Assembly: GCA_000320545.1 (NCBI GenBank)
Contig: ADNK01002059.1
Span: 1-64,000, forward strand
DNA length: 64,000 nucleotides
Source: Bigelowiella natans CCMP2755
Taxonomy: Eukaryota > Protista > Cercozoa
Direction: 5' to 3'
Shown: in pieces, positions 48,200 through 59,199 of the stretch
Position numbering within the stretch: the stretch's first letter is position 1
Layout: each line of letters begins with the position of its first letter
Translations under genes and position numbers: made by a program
Notes under the pieces: model-generated
The model's input: the letters and a program-made list of their open reading frames with translations, nothing else
The model's database searches: none
Told to the model about the DNA's origin: nothing

Positions 48200-50170
48200 G
48201 CATAGTCGCAAATATGCGCCGACTTGGAAAGGTGCCCTTGTACCACATCAATCGCAATTGCATGTGCTGTGTGTCCGTAGTCGACTGATGAGCAACATTT
48301 GAGAAGCATGGCCACAGCGTTCGCAGCTTCCATGTTGTAATGTACTAGTGCAGGCACGCACGCTCTTTGCGATTTCTCAGAAATCCCGCACAGCTCATCT
48401 GTGCATCAATGCATCAATCGATCAATCGGCGTCAGGCGCACAAGTTCGATCACAGCAGATCTGTGGATCTGACTGGTCTGAGTTCAACAAATGAGTGGCA
48501 GTCACAACAATGGCAATGAGGTGCAGAGGGCATCGACATGCCTCACTAGCTCATTGCATGTGCTGTGGTGCACGAACGTTGAACAATCCACGGCGGAACT
48601 TCGCATTGACGTGGCGCCACACGCCGCTTCAGCGCTACTGCTCCATCGGCAATGAGTCCCCAGCACAGTCTAGCAGTGACACAGTGATCGGTCATCGCCA
48701 CGCACGCTCACGCGCTGCGCAAGGAGTGCCAGAGTGCACAAGTAAGTGAAGGATCGAGTGGACGCGAAACGATCAACAGTTGCAACTTTGCAACGATGCG
48801 AACGCACGTCAAGAAAGCGGGGGCACGACGAACGAAGAAGAACGACGAACGAAGAAACTTGACCCGCTTGAACAAGCTGGCAAGTTAGCAAGACTAGAAG
48901 TGAGTGTTGTGAACGAAACAGTGCAAGTGGTGCAGGGCTGAAGGATCGTTGGGTGTGCCGACTCTTCCAAGCCCTCCCCAAGCAGCAAGACTGTTGTGAA
49001 AGAGTTGACAGCTCTGGGCATCCGCCAGCCACAAGCACTCCTGGACTCGTGCAGACAGAAGACGTGACGACCTTCAGAGCACAAAGCCCCAGGCGAGTCT
49101 GTGAGTGGACGAAAGAACGATTGGGCAGGTCAATTCTGGAATCATGAAGCCGACACGCAAGGCGAAGAAAAACGAAAAAAAGAATGGAACGAAAAGAAAC
49201 TTTGTTGAACGACCACACCTGGACACCTCTAGACCTCCAAAGGGTTGCACGACACTTGTGAAGTGTGAAATGCAGTGCCTCGAGCTGAAAACAACACGGA
49301 CTCACTGGCCCAGCTCACCAAGTGCAGCTCACGGTGGGTTCAACTTTGAACCTGGCAATCGAGACCGCAAACTGGGCCGGAATGAGTGAAGAAAGAAACA
49401 AACAAACTGTGATGATGATCAAGCTTTCCAACGAGTTGCACAACAGAAACTTGCAAAGTGCGAAACGCAGGACCTCGAGCTGAAAACAGCGAGGAGTGAA
49501 CAACAGACAAACAAACAAACGTGATGAAGAACCACGTTTCCAAAACGTTGCACGACACTTGCAAACTGCGAAACGCAGTGCCTCGAACCAGCTAGTGAGG
49601 ACTGAACAATGAACAATGAACAATGATGATGAACGTTTCCAAAACGTTGCAAGACGTTTGCAGTGTGCGAAACGCAGTGCCTCGAAGCAGCTTTGCTGAG
49701 GTCCAGCTGGTGACTGATTGGACGTGAAAAATTGGGATTTCAGGAGTGAAACAATGAAACAATGAAACAATGATGAAAAACCACACTTCCAAAGTGTTGC
49801 AAGACACTTGCAGCGTGCAAAATGCAGTGCCTCGAACTGGTTTCAGTGAGGACTGAGACTAGCAAATCAACTAGCTGGTTTGCCAAAATGGCATGACTTG
49901 GTCATTGAGAAGCAATGACATCAGCAGCAAAGTTCTGACGGCGCAAGACCTCCACTCTGAGCAAAAACTTCCTGAAGGCCATGTCCACATGACGATCTAC
50001 GATTGGATCATCTGAGGGGGCCCCCAGCAGAATTTTGGTTTTGGAGGAGTCTGGAGCGTCAAAGAATGAAGAGTGGCGGGAAGAAGCTGAACCCAGAGTT
50101 GATGTCATGTGCGAGAGAAGCTTGCATCTCTCTGCATTCAAGTGAACACATGTGTTTCAATTCATTCTTG
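48200..50170. other. TpA-depleted domain 5
   Basis: TpA almost absent except in CTAG/CTAC. Confidence 0.9.
49200..50170 (-). mobile_element. Head-to-tail stack of about 5 LINE-like 3' ends plus ORF C-terminus
   Basis: About 55-bp motif (ccaaaacgttgcacgacacttgcaaactgcgaaacgcagtgcctcga) at about 49240, 49430, 49540, 49640 and 49790, with simple-repeat tails between; homologous to 43480-43915. Confidence 0.6.
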
Positions 50171-50624
50171 GTAGGATTTCGGAGTGTAGAACATTTGCTA
50201 AAACCCTTCATTTGGTTTGGAAAATAATCGCAACGACGCGAAAAAGTGCCCATCAATAAACATTTTTCCCCCTTTGGAGCGATTTTGCTAAAACTCTCTA
50301 ATGATGATAATGATGAATGATGTGAGAAAACTTCCTGACTGATATCATCATATCCGTTGCAAGAAACCACCAAATGTTATTTGTAGTAGATCTAGGATTG
50401 ATTTTCCTCATGAGACAATTGATTCATCCAAGTCGCATGATATGAAACGGAATGCGTTTTTCCTACGTCATACTGTGATATTTATCGGCGTGCACCTATC
50501 ACCATTTTCGAAAAAGACGAAAGAACTGCACTCTCCCCCGCTCCTACGAGATCTAATTTTATCCCTCCTCTCTGCTTAGTCTGCGAATATTTACAAAAAG
50601 GAAAGAAACATCGACACTGAAGAA

Positions 50625-51442
50625 ATGACTATCGGGTTGGATTATAGTACGTTCGTTATCCTGCCAAATGCTAGGAATGCTAGGCCAGGGATGTTACATT
50701 TGCAGCAAAATGGTGGGATCGCACGCAAAACCAGAAGTGGTGAAGATAGTTTTCTCGATCACCAAGTGGTCGGAAGTGTTGCAGATGAGACATCAATGCG
50801 TCGCGGCCATTCGTATCGGTCTGGCAGTTCGGAACGACGGGTGATTATTGCACATTGTATACAATGTGTGCGGTGCGGTGCGTGCGTATATTTGGACGAT
50901 ATGATTTAGATAAGGGGGGGGTGTACGCCGTAAGCATAAGTGAAGCATAAAGGATAGGAGCTTGAATGCTGTTCGTCTCCCCAAAATAAGTTTGTGAGAT
51001 ATGAGGGTTGATGTGGAGGGGGGTGAGTGGTGAGAATATCATGATTATTTTAGCTATAAACATTCTATCTCAATTATGAATGATGGTCATAAAATATTAG
51101 GCGTCGTCCCAATCTGGACTTTCAGCCGATGCCCCCTCCTTCGTTCCCAGTAGAAATTTGAGAAGAAGTAAAAATATAGGAATAGGAAGAAGACCACGCA
51201 ATTCAAGAGATTTTTCAAGCGGACGGTCTCGAAGCCCATCACTTCCAACAAACTATTATTCTCCACCAGAACGCGCCTATTCCCCACCACAGCGGGCATA
51301 TTCCCCACCCCAGGGTGTTTCATCTACATTTTCAGGAGTTAGACCCTATCTTCCTCCACATCGTCGGGGTTCATCATCATCTTATTCATCGCATTCTTCA
51401 AGCCGTTCGTCATCTTACTCTCCTCATAGTCGGAGAAAGTAA
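50625..51442 (+). CDS. Small Arg/Ser-rich hypothetical protein, multi-exon
   Basis: Last exon with RSRSPS and YSPP repeats ending TAA at 51442; upstream exon-like segments. Confidence 0.45.
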
Positions 51443-52877
51443 GCTATGATTATACTTACCTTTCTCACACAAAGAGATGCACAACATATATGTGTGTGTT
51501 TGTATTATTAGATGTCCATATTAGTGGCACATGTACGTTGGAATGTGCAACATTAAAAATCGGCGAGTCGGGCTGCATTTTTGGATAGCATTCAAAACGA
51601 GCTTTTAACTTAGTCGCAAAAATTAGATTTTCATAATCTGTTTCCGGGCAGATTTTGCACGAATAAATTGAGTTTAATAACATAAGGTCATGATGCTCGG
51701 TGCATCTACACTTCACAATCTTAATGTCTACCGATGTGTGAATCGAGAGGGCTGCGCGTTGAAGCAGCAAATCATTTCAACAAAATGAGATTTTGCATCT
51801 AGTGCCATCAGCTCAAATCATTAGATTTTTTTTCTTACCTTTGATTTGCGCCATGCAGCACGAAAAAAATGAACCTGTGATGTGCTACTACTGCCAGTGT
51901 GACACGGAGAATATCTAATCTATGGCGCTGTGCGCTATATAGCCGCTGTAGCATCTAGCTAGAGCATGTCCAAGATGTGCGCACTTAATGCGAATTGTTC
52001 TGGTAGAAAAGAGTGAAAACATGCAACCATTCTAGTATTGCTAGATTGTGCGTGCAAGATGGATGCAATGGAGTTATCGCCATCGTTGATTGATGAATCT
52101 TTTGTTTCAATAACAGCAGTCATCCTGATCGATATTCGTGGGCATGCAAAGCCCAAGCTAGCAAGTAGCAGCTCTAGAGCTACAGCGCTTGCTAGCTTGC
52201 ACTGCATCTATTTTGTTTCTGCTTTTGTGCTTTTGCGTGCGAGTTCACTTTGGTCATTTGGACTAGTTCTAGAGTTCAGCTAGAGGATCCACATCATGCT
52301 AGCATGCTCGTATCTAGGTATGTCGTCGATGCCGCGCCGCATGCGCATCAACGCTAGACGCTAGAACGGTTCGTGCTTGCGTCCTTTTGTTCAGCTGTCA
52401 TTGGTCGTCTGGTGTCGTCATTGTGCGGTCCACAATGGCATTCTAGCATTGCATTGGTTTCGTTGTCTGAGCTGTTGGTGTGCTCACATGCGTCGCATTG
52501 CAGGAGACTGCAAGAGATGGTCTGTGTCTTTCATGATCACGACACCATGCCACGTGTGTCATTGCACGTTGCGTCTGCTTCTTCGTGACATCCACGGTGC
52601 AACATGAAGCTTCCGAGATTGTCCACGCCGCTAGGCCGCTGCAGATGGTCCGCATCCACTAGTCCATGTGGTAGCAATGCTAGGTAGCTTCATTGTTTTG
52701 ATGCCTGCCAGCAAGAGACACGGGTGCACCTCTGGACTTGCATGCTGGCATGGCTAGATGTGTGTAGCCTCATGGGGTCATGTAGCGCACGCACGTGCGA
52801 ACATGTGCAGTTCCATGCACGCATTCTTGACCACATGTGCCATGACCGCGCATTGTGCGCATGTTTTTGCCCACACG

Positions 52878-53810
52878 TGTAGTTGCACATCATCCTGATG
52901 TGCAAATGCATGTCGCGCCTGGTCATGGCGGACACAGCGTGGCGCGCACAGGCGCCCATTGTCATCACATTGGCGCCTGCATTGGCGCCTCTTTGGTTGC
53001 ATTGGCGCCTGCATTGGCGCTTGTTTGGCGGCCCGTTGGCAAGGGGCGCTTGGGACGTGACCGGTCATCATCACGACGAGCGGTTGTCGTTGCGGTCACT
53101 GTCGTCATCAACATTGCGACAAGCGGTTGTCGCAATGGTCGTTGTCACGATGAGCGGTTGTCGCAATGGTGCGGAGGTGACAACTTGGTTGCCGGCGGAG
53201 GCGGTGATGAGTCAGTTGCCAAAGGGGGCTGCGACAGGAGCAGCAAGTTTGTTGTCATCATCAACAAACAAGTCAACAGAGAGGGGATTGAACGGAGGGG
53301 ATTGCCTCCGTTTGATCGCAGAGGGAAGCGAACGGAGGGGATTGCCTCCGCATCAAATTGAGTCCAGGAGACCGATTGAGAGGGAAGTGAACGGAGGGGA
53401 TTGCAGTTGGCAAACGGCAATCACACCTCCACAATTGAACTGAACGGCGGTGGGCCGAAAGGAAGCAGAGGCAGAGATGCGAAGAGGACGAAGAGCAAGC
53501 AACGACCCCAGGGAGGTGTCGGTGCGAGGCAGGGAGAGGCAAGACAGCGTCGAGAGGGTGTTGCCTGATCGGGTGGTGTTTCAGACGGAGTTCTGGCATT
53601 CGCAATTGTTGAGAGTGGGCAGGAATCACACCGGCGACGGCGCCGGTGAACGTTCAGATGATCCTGCATCCTCAGTGTCAATGGGGATTGACACTGGTGC
53701 CAATTGTTTGACGTTCAATGGTGTTCATCAAAGGTTCACGTTTTCCGTTGATTGTTCCGATGTTGCGCGACGTGTTGCGGGCGCAAGCGCGGCGCAGAGG
53801 GACAATTGCA
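52878..53810 (+). repeat. 5' LTR (933 bp)
   Basis: TGTAGTTG...AATTGCA, aligns with 59200-60176. Confidence 0.92.
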
Positions 53811-53811
53811 C

Positions 53812-53826
53812 TGGCAGCGGCGAAGC
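53812..53826 (+). promoter_or_regulatory. Primer-binding-site-like sequence
   Basis: TGGCAGCGG... one base after the 5' LTR; cognate tRNA not assigned. Confidence 0.55.
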
Positions 53827-53835
53827 AACGAGAGG

Positions 53836-56800
53836 ATGGAAAGAGGAATGAATGCGAGAAATGCAAGGAGGTCAGGCTCTGCTGACGGGATGAGGTCAGA
53901 GCCTGCGGACGGAACGACGGAGGAGAAAGTGCGACCTGGTTCGTTGGAGAGCTTGCAGGGGCAAGCAAGATTGGAAACGAGGGTGAGCGTGCCATCGGAC
54001 GAAGTGTTCCGCAAATTGTTGCGAGCGGGGGCAGCTCAGGAGGGTTTGAAAATGGACATGGAAAGAGAGACGGCAACATTGAGTGACAACAAAGAAAGCA
54101 GGACGTTCTTCTTCAAAAGGTTTGAAAAGAAAGGGATCACGGAAGAGGTGTGGGAATGGTTCCCAGCTCATCCGGAAGGTGCAGATGTGGCAGTGGAAGC
54201 ATCGGAGTCGGAATCAACGTCGGCAAATGGTCCAGAAGTGGTGGACGACAGGAAAGTGAGTCAAAAAGCAAAGGCGTTGGAATCCTTTGGTGGATCCACA
54301 AAGGCAAAAGCGCAGTCGCTTGATCCGGCCAAGACTCATGCTGCTGACTTCAGAAGGGCAGCTGGAGACTTGGAGAGCAAAGTGAAAGGACACGTGCAAC
54401 CACTGGGCACTTCAATGGAGTGGGGTTGCAATTGCTTCAGAGCTTCTCTCTCCTTGGCAGCGAGAAAGCGCACAGATGATTGCTTTGGAGAGGAGCCAGG
54501 AGAAGAGCCTGGTTGTGAGGAGAGGCTGAGTGAAGCTGCAAGACACTTGTGCGACGAGACATCGGAAAGTGAATTCCGGAGGAATTGTGAGGATGAATTT
54601 CGCAGATTGGAAAGGAAAAACTGCAAGTTTGTGGATGCCATGAGCAGCAGTTGCGTGAGGTTGCGTGGCTGGTTTCCGGGAACAAAACCGGACTTCGAAG
54701 ACCAGAGGTTGGACTTCGAAAGGCTGCTCAAGAAACACAGGTTTGCAAAGGAATTGCAATCAGCTGTGTCAAACGTGAGCTTCAATGGGGATTGTGACAG
54801 CATGGTGAGTTTCTTGAGGCAAAGAGAAAAGATGCCAGCTGAAAGCTTCCTCCCCAAAGCTCCGCACGTTCAGAAAAAGAAATGGGAGGTGAGCAGTGCA
54901 TGCACGGAGTGTCTCATGGGAAAATGCAAGAAGGGGAAGGAGTGTCACAAGAAGCACGAGGGAAAACCCGCACGTCGCTTCTTTCACAAAAAGGGAACTT
55001 GCAGATTCGGAGATGGATGCAAGTGCAGGCATGCAAAGGAGCTGCCAGGAGAAAAGAAAGATTGGAAACCCAACAGAGGAAAATCCCTGGGAATTGATGC
55101 AGGGGATGTGCAGCACAAGGCAGCCAAGGATGAACCCAATCCCAATCCCGCAAAGAAGGAGAAAGAAGTTGCCTGGGATGAGCTCTCCCTGGAGCTCACT
55201 GCGGTGAATCTGGCTGAGTTGGCGGAGTCAATGTCGAAGCCCTGTGAAGAGGATCCGACCCTGAGAAGAAGAAGAAAGGCATCAGTCCACTTGGAGGGGT
55301 CCAAAGGGGTGTTCAAAGGGAAGGCGTTGGTGGACAGTGGTTCACAACCCACCTCCGTGCACGCATCGGTGTTGCAGAAGTTTGAAAAGCTGGGCATTCC
55401 TTTCACTTTCGCAGCTAGGAAACAACGTGCAAGGTCTTTCAATGGGGGAGCAAGTGAAACTCTGGGAGAGGCTGCGTTCGAAGTGAAATTCAGAGAGGCG
55501 AAAAGCAAGGCCAGTCACATCAAAGTGAAAACGTGGGCAACAGTGACAAAGGCAACGGTTGCGCATGATTTCCCAACAGGGATGGACGTGCAAAACCTGT
55601 GTTCGATGGCGGTCCACGGTGACCCTGACCCCAAGCTCCGGAGACTGACGGTGCTGAACAAAGAGACAGAATCACAACCGTGCAGTCAAAAAGGGGAGGG
55701 ATGCATTGCATCGGAACTGAAATTGCTGTCATCAGAACTGCCAGAAATGTGGGATGTGAACAAGCCAGATGTGTCCAACAATCGTGAGGCAGCTGAAGCC
55801 ACATCGTCCACACCACCCACTTTTGAGTCCTTGGCAGACGCTCCAGACCAAAGGCCACACAAAGTGGAGAATGGCTGTCAATTCATCACGGAAGAGGAAG
55901 CTGGGAAGGGGGTTTCTGAAATCATGGGGGCAACTGCCTTTCCGGATCAGGCAGCCACTGCGAACAAGGACGTCACGGAAGATCCTGCAATGGTGAGCCC
56001 ATTGGACAGAATCGAAAGTGAGATGAAGTGCGGTGACAGTGTGATGGACACAAAGGAACAGTTCTGGCATGTGCGTTTCACGTTGTGTCGCTTTCAGAGG
56101 GCATTCGTGAAGGAGCTCAGCAGGTGCGGGGGCTTCAGGAGTGAACCGCGTGATGTGTTGCCTTGGTTGAAGCCAGGAGTGAAGCCATTGAGGCAGCAGC
56201 CTCATCGATTGCCGCCGGATGAGCTGATGACACTCAAGGAGGCAGTCAAGCAACTGTGTGACGCTGACGTGTTCTGCAAAGTGGATGACACGGACACGAA
56301 ATGGGCTTCACCTGGGTTCCCAGCATGGGACAAAGGAAAGACGATGCCCAGGGTGGTGGCAGCCATGCAAAAACTCAACGACTTGTGCAAATTGCAGCAC
56401 AATGTTGCACCCATCACAGAGGTCACGCTCACGAGAGTTCTCAACTCTCCACGGAACGCACACAGTGACGCCAAAGGGGGACACAGACAAGTGCCATGCA
56501 CCATCATGACACAAAGAATGTTCACCATGGTGGTCCTCTGGGGTGCCTTTGCGTCGAACTCGTTGCCCGTGGGTTGCAAAAACTCAGTGCAAACGTTCTG
56601 TGAGAAGGTGGATGAGGTGTGCTCCGAGTTGAAGGACACGGCAACGCACGTGGATGACGTGACTGACACGGGGGTCAATCACCTTGCTGGTTGCTTGGAA
56701 TTCACTGAGCACCTGAGCAAGTGTGAAGAGAAAAATTCAAAGCTGAGTGCAAAGAAGTTGCAAGTGTTTCCAAGGAAGGCACAAACATTGGGGTTGCTGA

Positions 56801-59000
56801 AAGAGGGGAACACGTGCAAACCTGATCCCAAGAGGTGCACAGCTCTTGATCAGCTTCAAACGCCAGCACCTGGAAGAAAGTTTGAGAGTTCAACAAGGAG
56901 GACAATTGGGCTATTCGTTTGTTGCTTGAAATTCATTCCAAACTTCTGGGACACAGCTCATCCCATCAAAGAGCTGCTCAAAGAAGGGGCTGAAGCGGAG
57001 TGGAAACAACAGCATCAGGATGCATTCACTGCCTTGAAGCAGCTTCTCAAAGAGTCGTCCTTGACCACACCTGAGTTTGCGGAAGTGAGCGTCAAGGCAC
57101 CCTTCACAGTGGACTCAGATGCGAGTGACGTTGCAGGAGCAGGCACATCATCGCAGGTGACAGAGGGGAAGGAGAGGTCAATCGCTTGATTCTCTTTCGC
57201 ATTCTCGACAGTCCAAGTGGGTTGGACCACATCGAGAAAGGAAGTGTGCACACCTTTGCGGTTGTTCGATGAGTGGGCAATGTGGCTTGGGGGCTTCCCG
57301 ATGAAGCTGAGAAAAGATTCAAGGTGTGCAATGTGGTCAGTGAAGCATGGGCAAGACAAAATGCGAGAGCCTTGGACCAGGATGAGTGCAGCTTGTGACC
57401 CCTGGATGATGGCAAAACACGAACACCGTCAGCGGGACTTGCACGTCAATCCAGACACGTTCACGTGTGAATCTGAGGAGGCCAAGACAACCAGCAAGTG
57501 CGCGGCAAGAAAGACATTGAAGACCTTGTTCCCTGACCAGCACGAAGCAGCAGGAGAGTTCCTGAAAGGATGCAAGGAGAGAAGCAAGGACAAAGACCTT
57601 GAAGTGCATCCTGCCGAGACACCAGCGGTGGAAAATGAGTGGGGATTGCCCCTCACTGAAACCACCGTTTGGGAAATCAGTGATGCAACACATGAGACCA
57701 ACTCTCCAGAGGCAAGCACCAAGACAACCGTGTCACCGGACAAAGACACCTTGAAGGAGGAGCAGCGTGGAGACTTTGCGAAGCACTTTGCGGCCTTGGA
57801 GAGTGCTGAAAGCAAAAACCACGAGTCAGCAAAGTCTCAGCATCGCATCGAAGGCGAACTGTCACACAAGATGGGATCGTTCGAAGTGGGGGGAGCGGTT
57901 CCCTTGCTGATCTGCGTTCCCAAGGAATGCACATTGCGCATGCCAGATGCCCATCACGTCGACAATTTGTCGAATCACCGCAACGCCACTGACCTGGCTG
58001 CGAGGACATTGAAGTCGCACCATTGGCCGGGACTGAACAGGGAATGCAGAACCCACGTGAAGGGGTGTCAAGTGTGCATCAGAGCCAAGACAAAGTTGAA
58101 GAAATTGCCTCACGCTCAAAACAAATGCACGTCAATGATGGATGCCATTGGCTCAGATGCCATTGGGCGTGCATCGGGCAAGAAGCACCACGTTCTTGCC
58201 TGCAGCACCTTGTCCATTGGTCACCCAGTGGCCAAAGCGACGAAGACCCTGAGTGCAAGGAAGGCAGCCGATTTCTTGCTGGACGTGGTGACGACTTGTG
58301 GTGTGCCCAAGAGGACCATTGCGGATTGGGGGACGGAGTTTGTCAATGAGATCTTTGAACACCCAGCTGACAGACTTCGTCACAGGCATGTCAAGACATC
58401 TGTGAAGAATTCACAGGGAAACAGTGACTTGGAGAGGAAGCACAGAGCACACAATGAGGGAGTGCTGTCCCAGCTGATGCAAAACGCAGGTGCGAAAGGG
58501 AATTGGGCAGACTGCCTGGAGCCCATGGTGTTTGCCATCAACACCTTGACGAACACTCGGGGATGCTCTCCGGCGATGCTTCTGTTTGGGTTCCAGCCCA
58601 AGCTGTTCCCTGACGTGGAGACAAAGCAAGTGAAGGGATCCACTGCGGAGGATCGCAAAAGATGAACGATGCAGACGTGCGATTGCGACGCACCCAAAAC
58701 GCAAGGGTGCTGTTTGCTGCCTTGCGAGACGAAGCCAAGTTCAAGGCCAATTTCACAAGAAACGCCAGTCCAAAAACGAAGTGTGCGGACTGTGGTGTGG
58801 GGGATCAAGTGTGGCTGCACCGAGAGGACAGCAGGAAGGCCAATCCCGTCACCACCAAGCATGACCTGATGAAAACAGGTCCAGTTGCAGTTGTTTCCGT
58901 CAATGGGCGGAGCAATGCTCACCGGGTGGTGGACGAGAGGACTGGGTGCTGTGCTGCCGCACATGCGAAGTGCCTCAGTCCTCTGGGACGCTTCAGAGTG
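53836..59000 (+). pseudogene. gag-pol polyprotein (CCCH zinc fingers, aspartic protease, RT, RNase H, integrase with GPY/F-like tail), inactivated
   Basis: ALVDSGS (protease); WASPGF, DAKGGHRQV, LPVGCKNS, HVDD at 56647 (RT); DSDASD (RNase H); H..H..HWPGL..CQVC, ADWGTEF, LERKH (integrase). In-frame TGA at 57187 and a frameshift near 58660. No Tyr in the 1145-aa or 482-aa ORFs. Confidence 0.93.
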
Positions 59001-59181
59001 TTGCCTGAGGTGGAGGACGTGAGCTCGGATGAGGAGAGTGGTGAATCCTCACCGTCTGAGTCTTCGAGTGGTGGGGGAGAAGACGAGGACGGACCTCCCG
59101 CACTGGAGGGCTGGAGGGGAAGAGGAGCAGGAGGCCGGCTCACCACGGACCTTGCATGTCGTCTTGAGTTCTTGCGAACTC

Positions 59182-59196
59182 AAAAGAAAGGGGGGA
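59182..59196 (+). promoter_or_regulatory. Polypurine tract
   Basis: aaaagaaagggggga just before the 3' LTR. Confidence 0.85.
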
Positions 59197-59199
59197 TGA

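Noticed and set aside
49200-49850. CRISPR-like array or hammerhead ribozyme repeats
   Set aside because: Eukaryotic context, diverged repeats, irregular low-complexity spacers and no cas genes; no convincing CUGANGA/GAAA core with stems.
53752-58665. Alternative genetic code or codon bias explaining the absence of Tyr
   Set aside because: TpA is absent in all frames and in non-coding LTRs, while neighbouring genes use Tyr, TAA and TAG normally.
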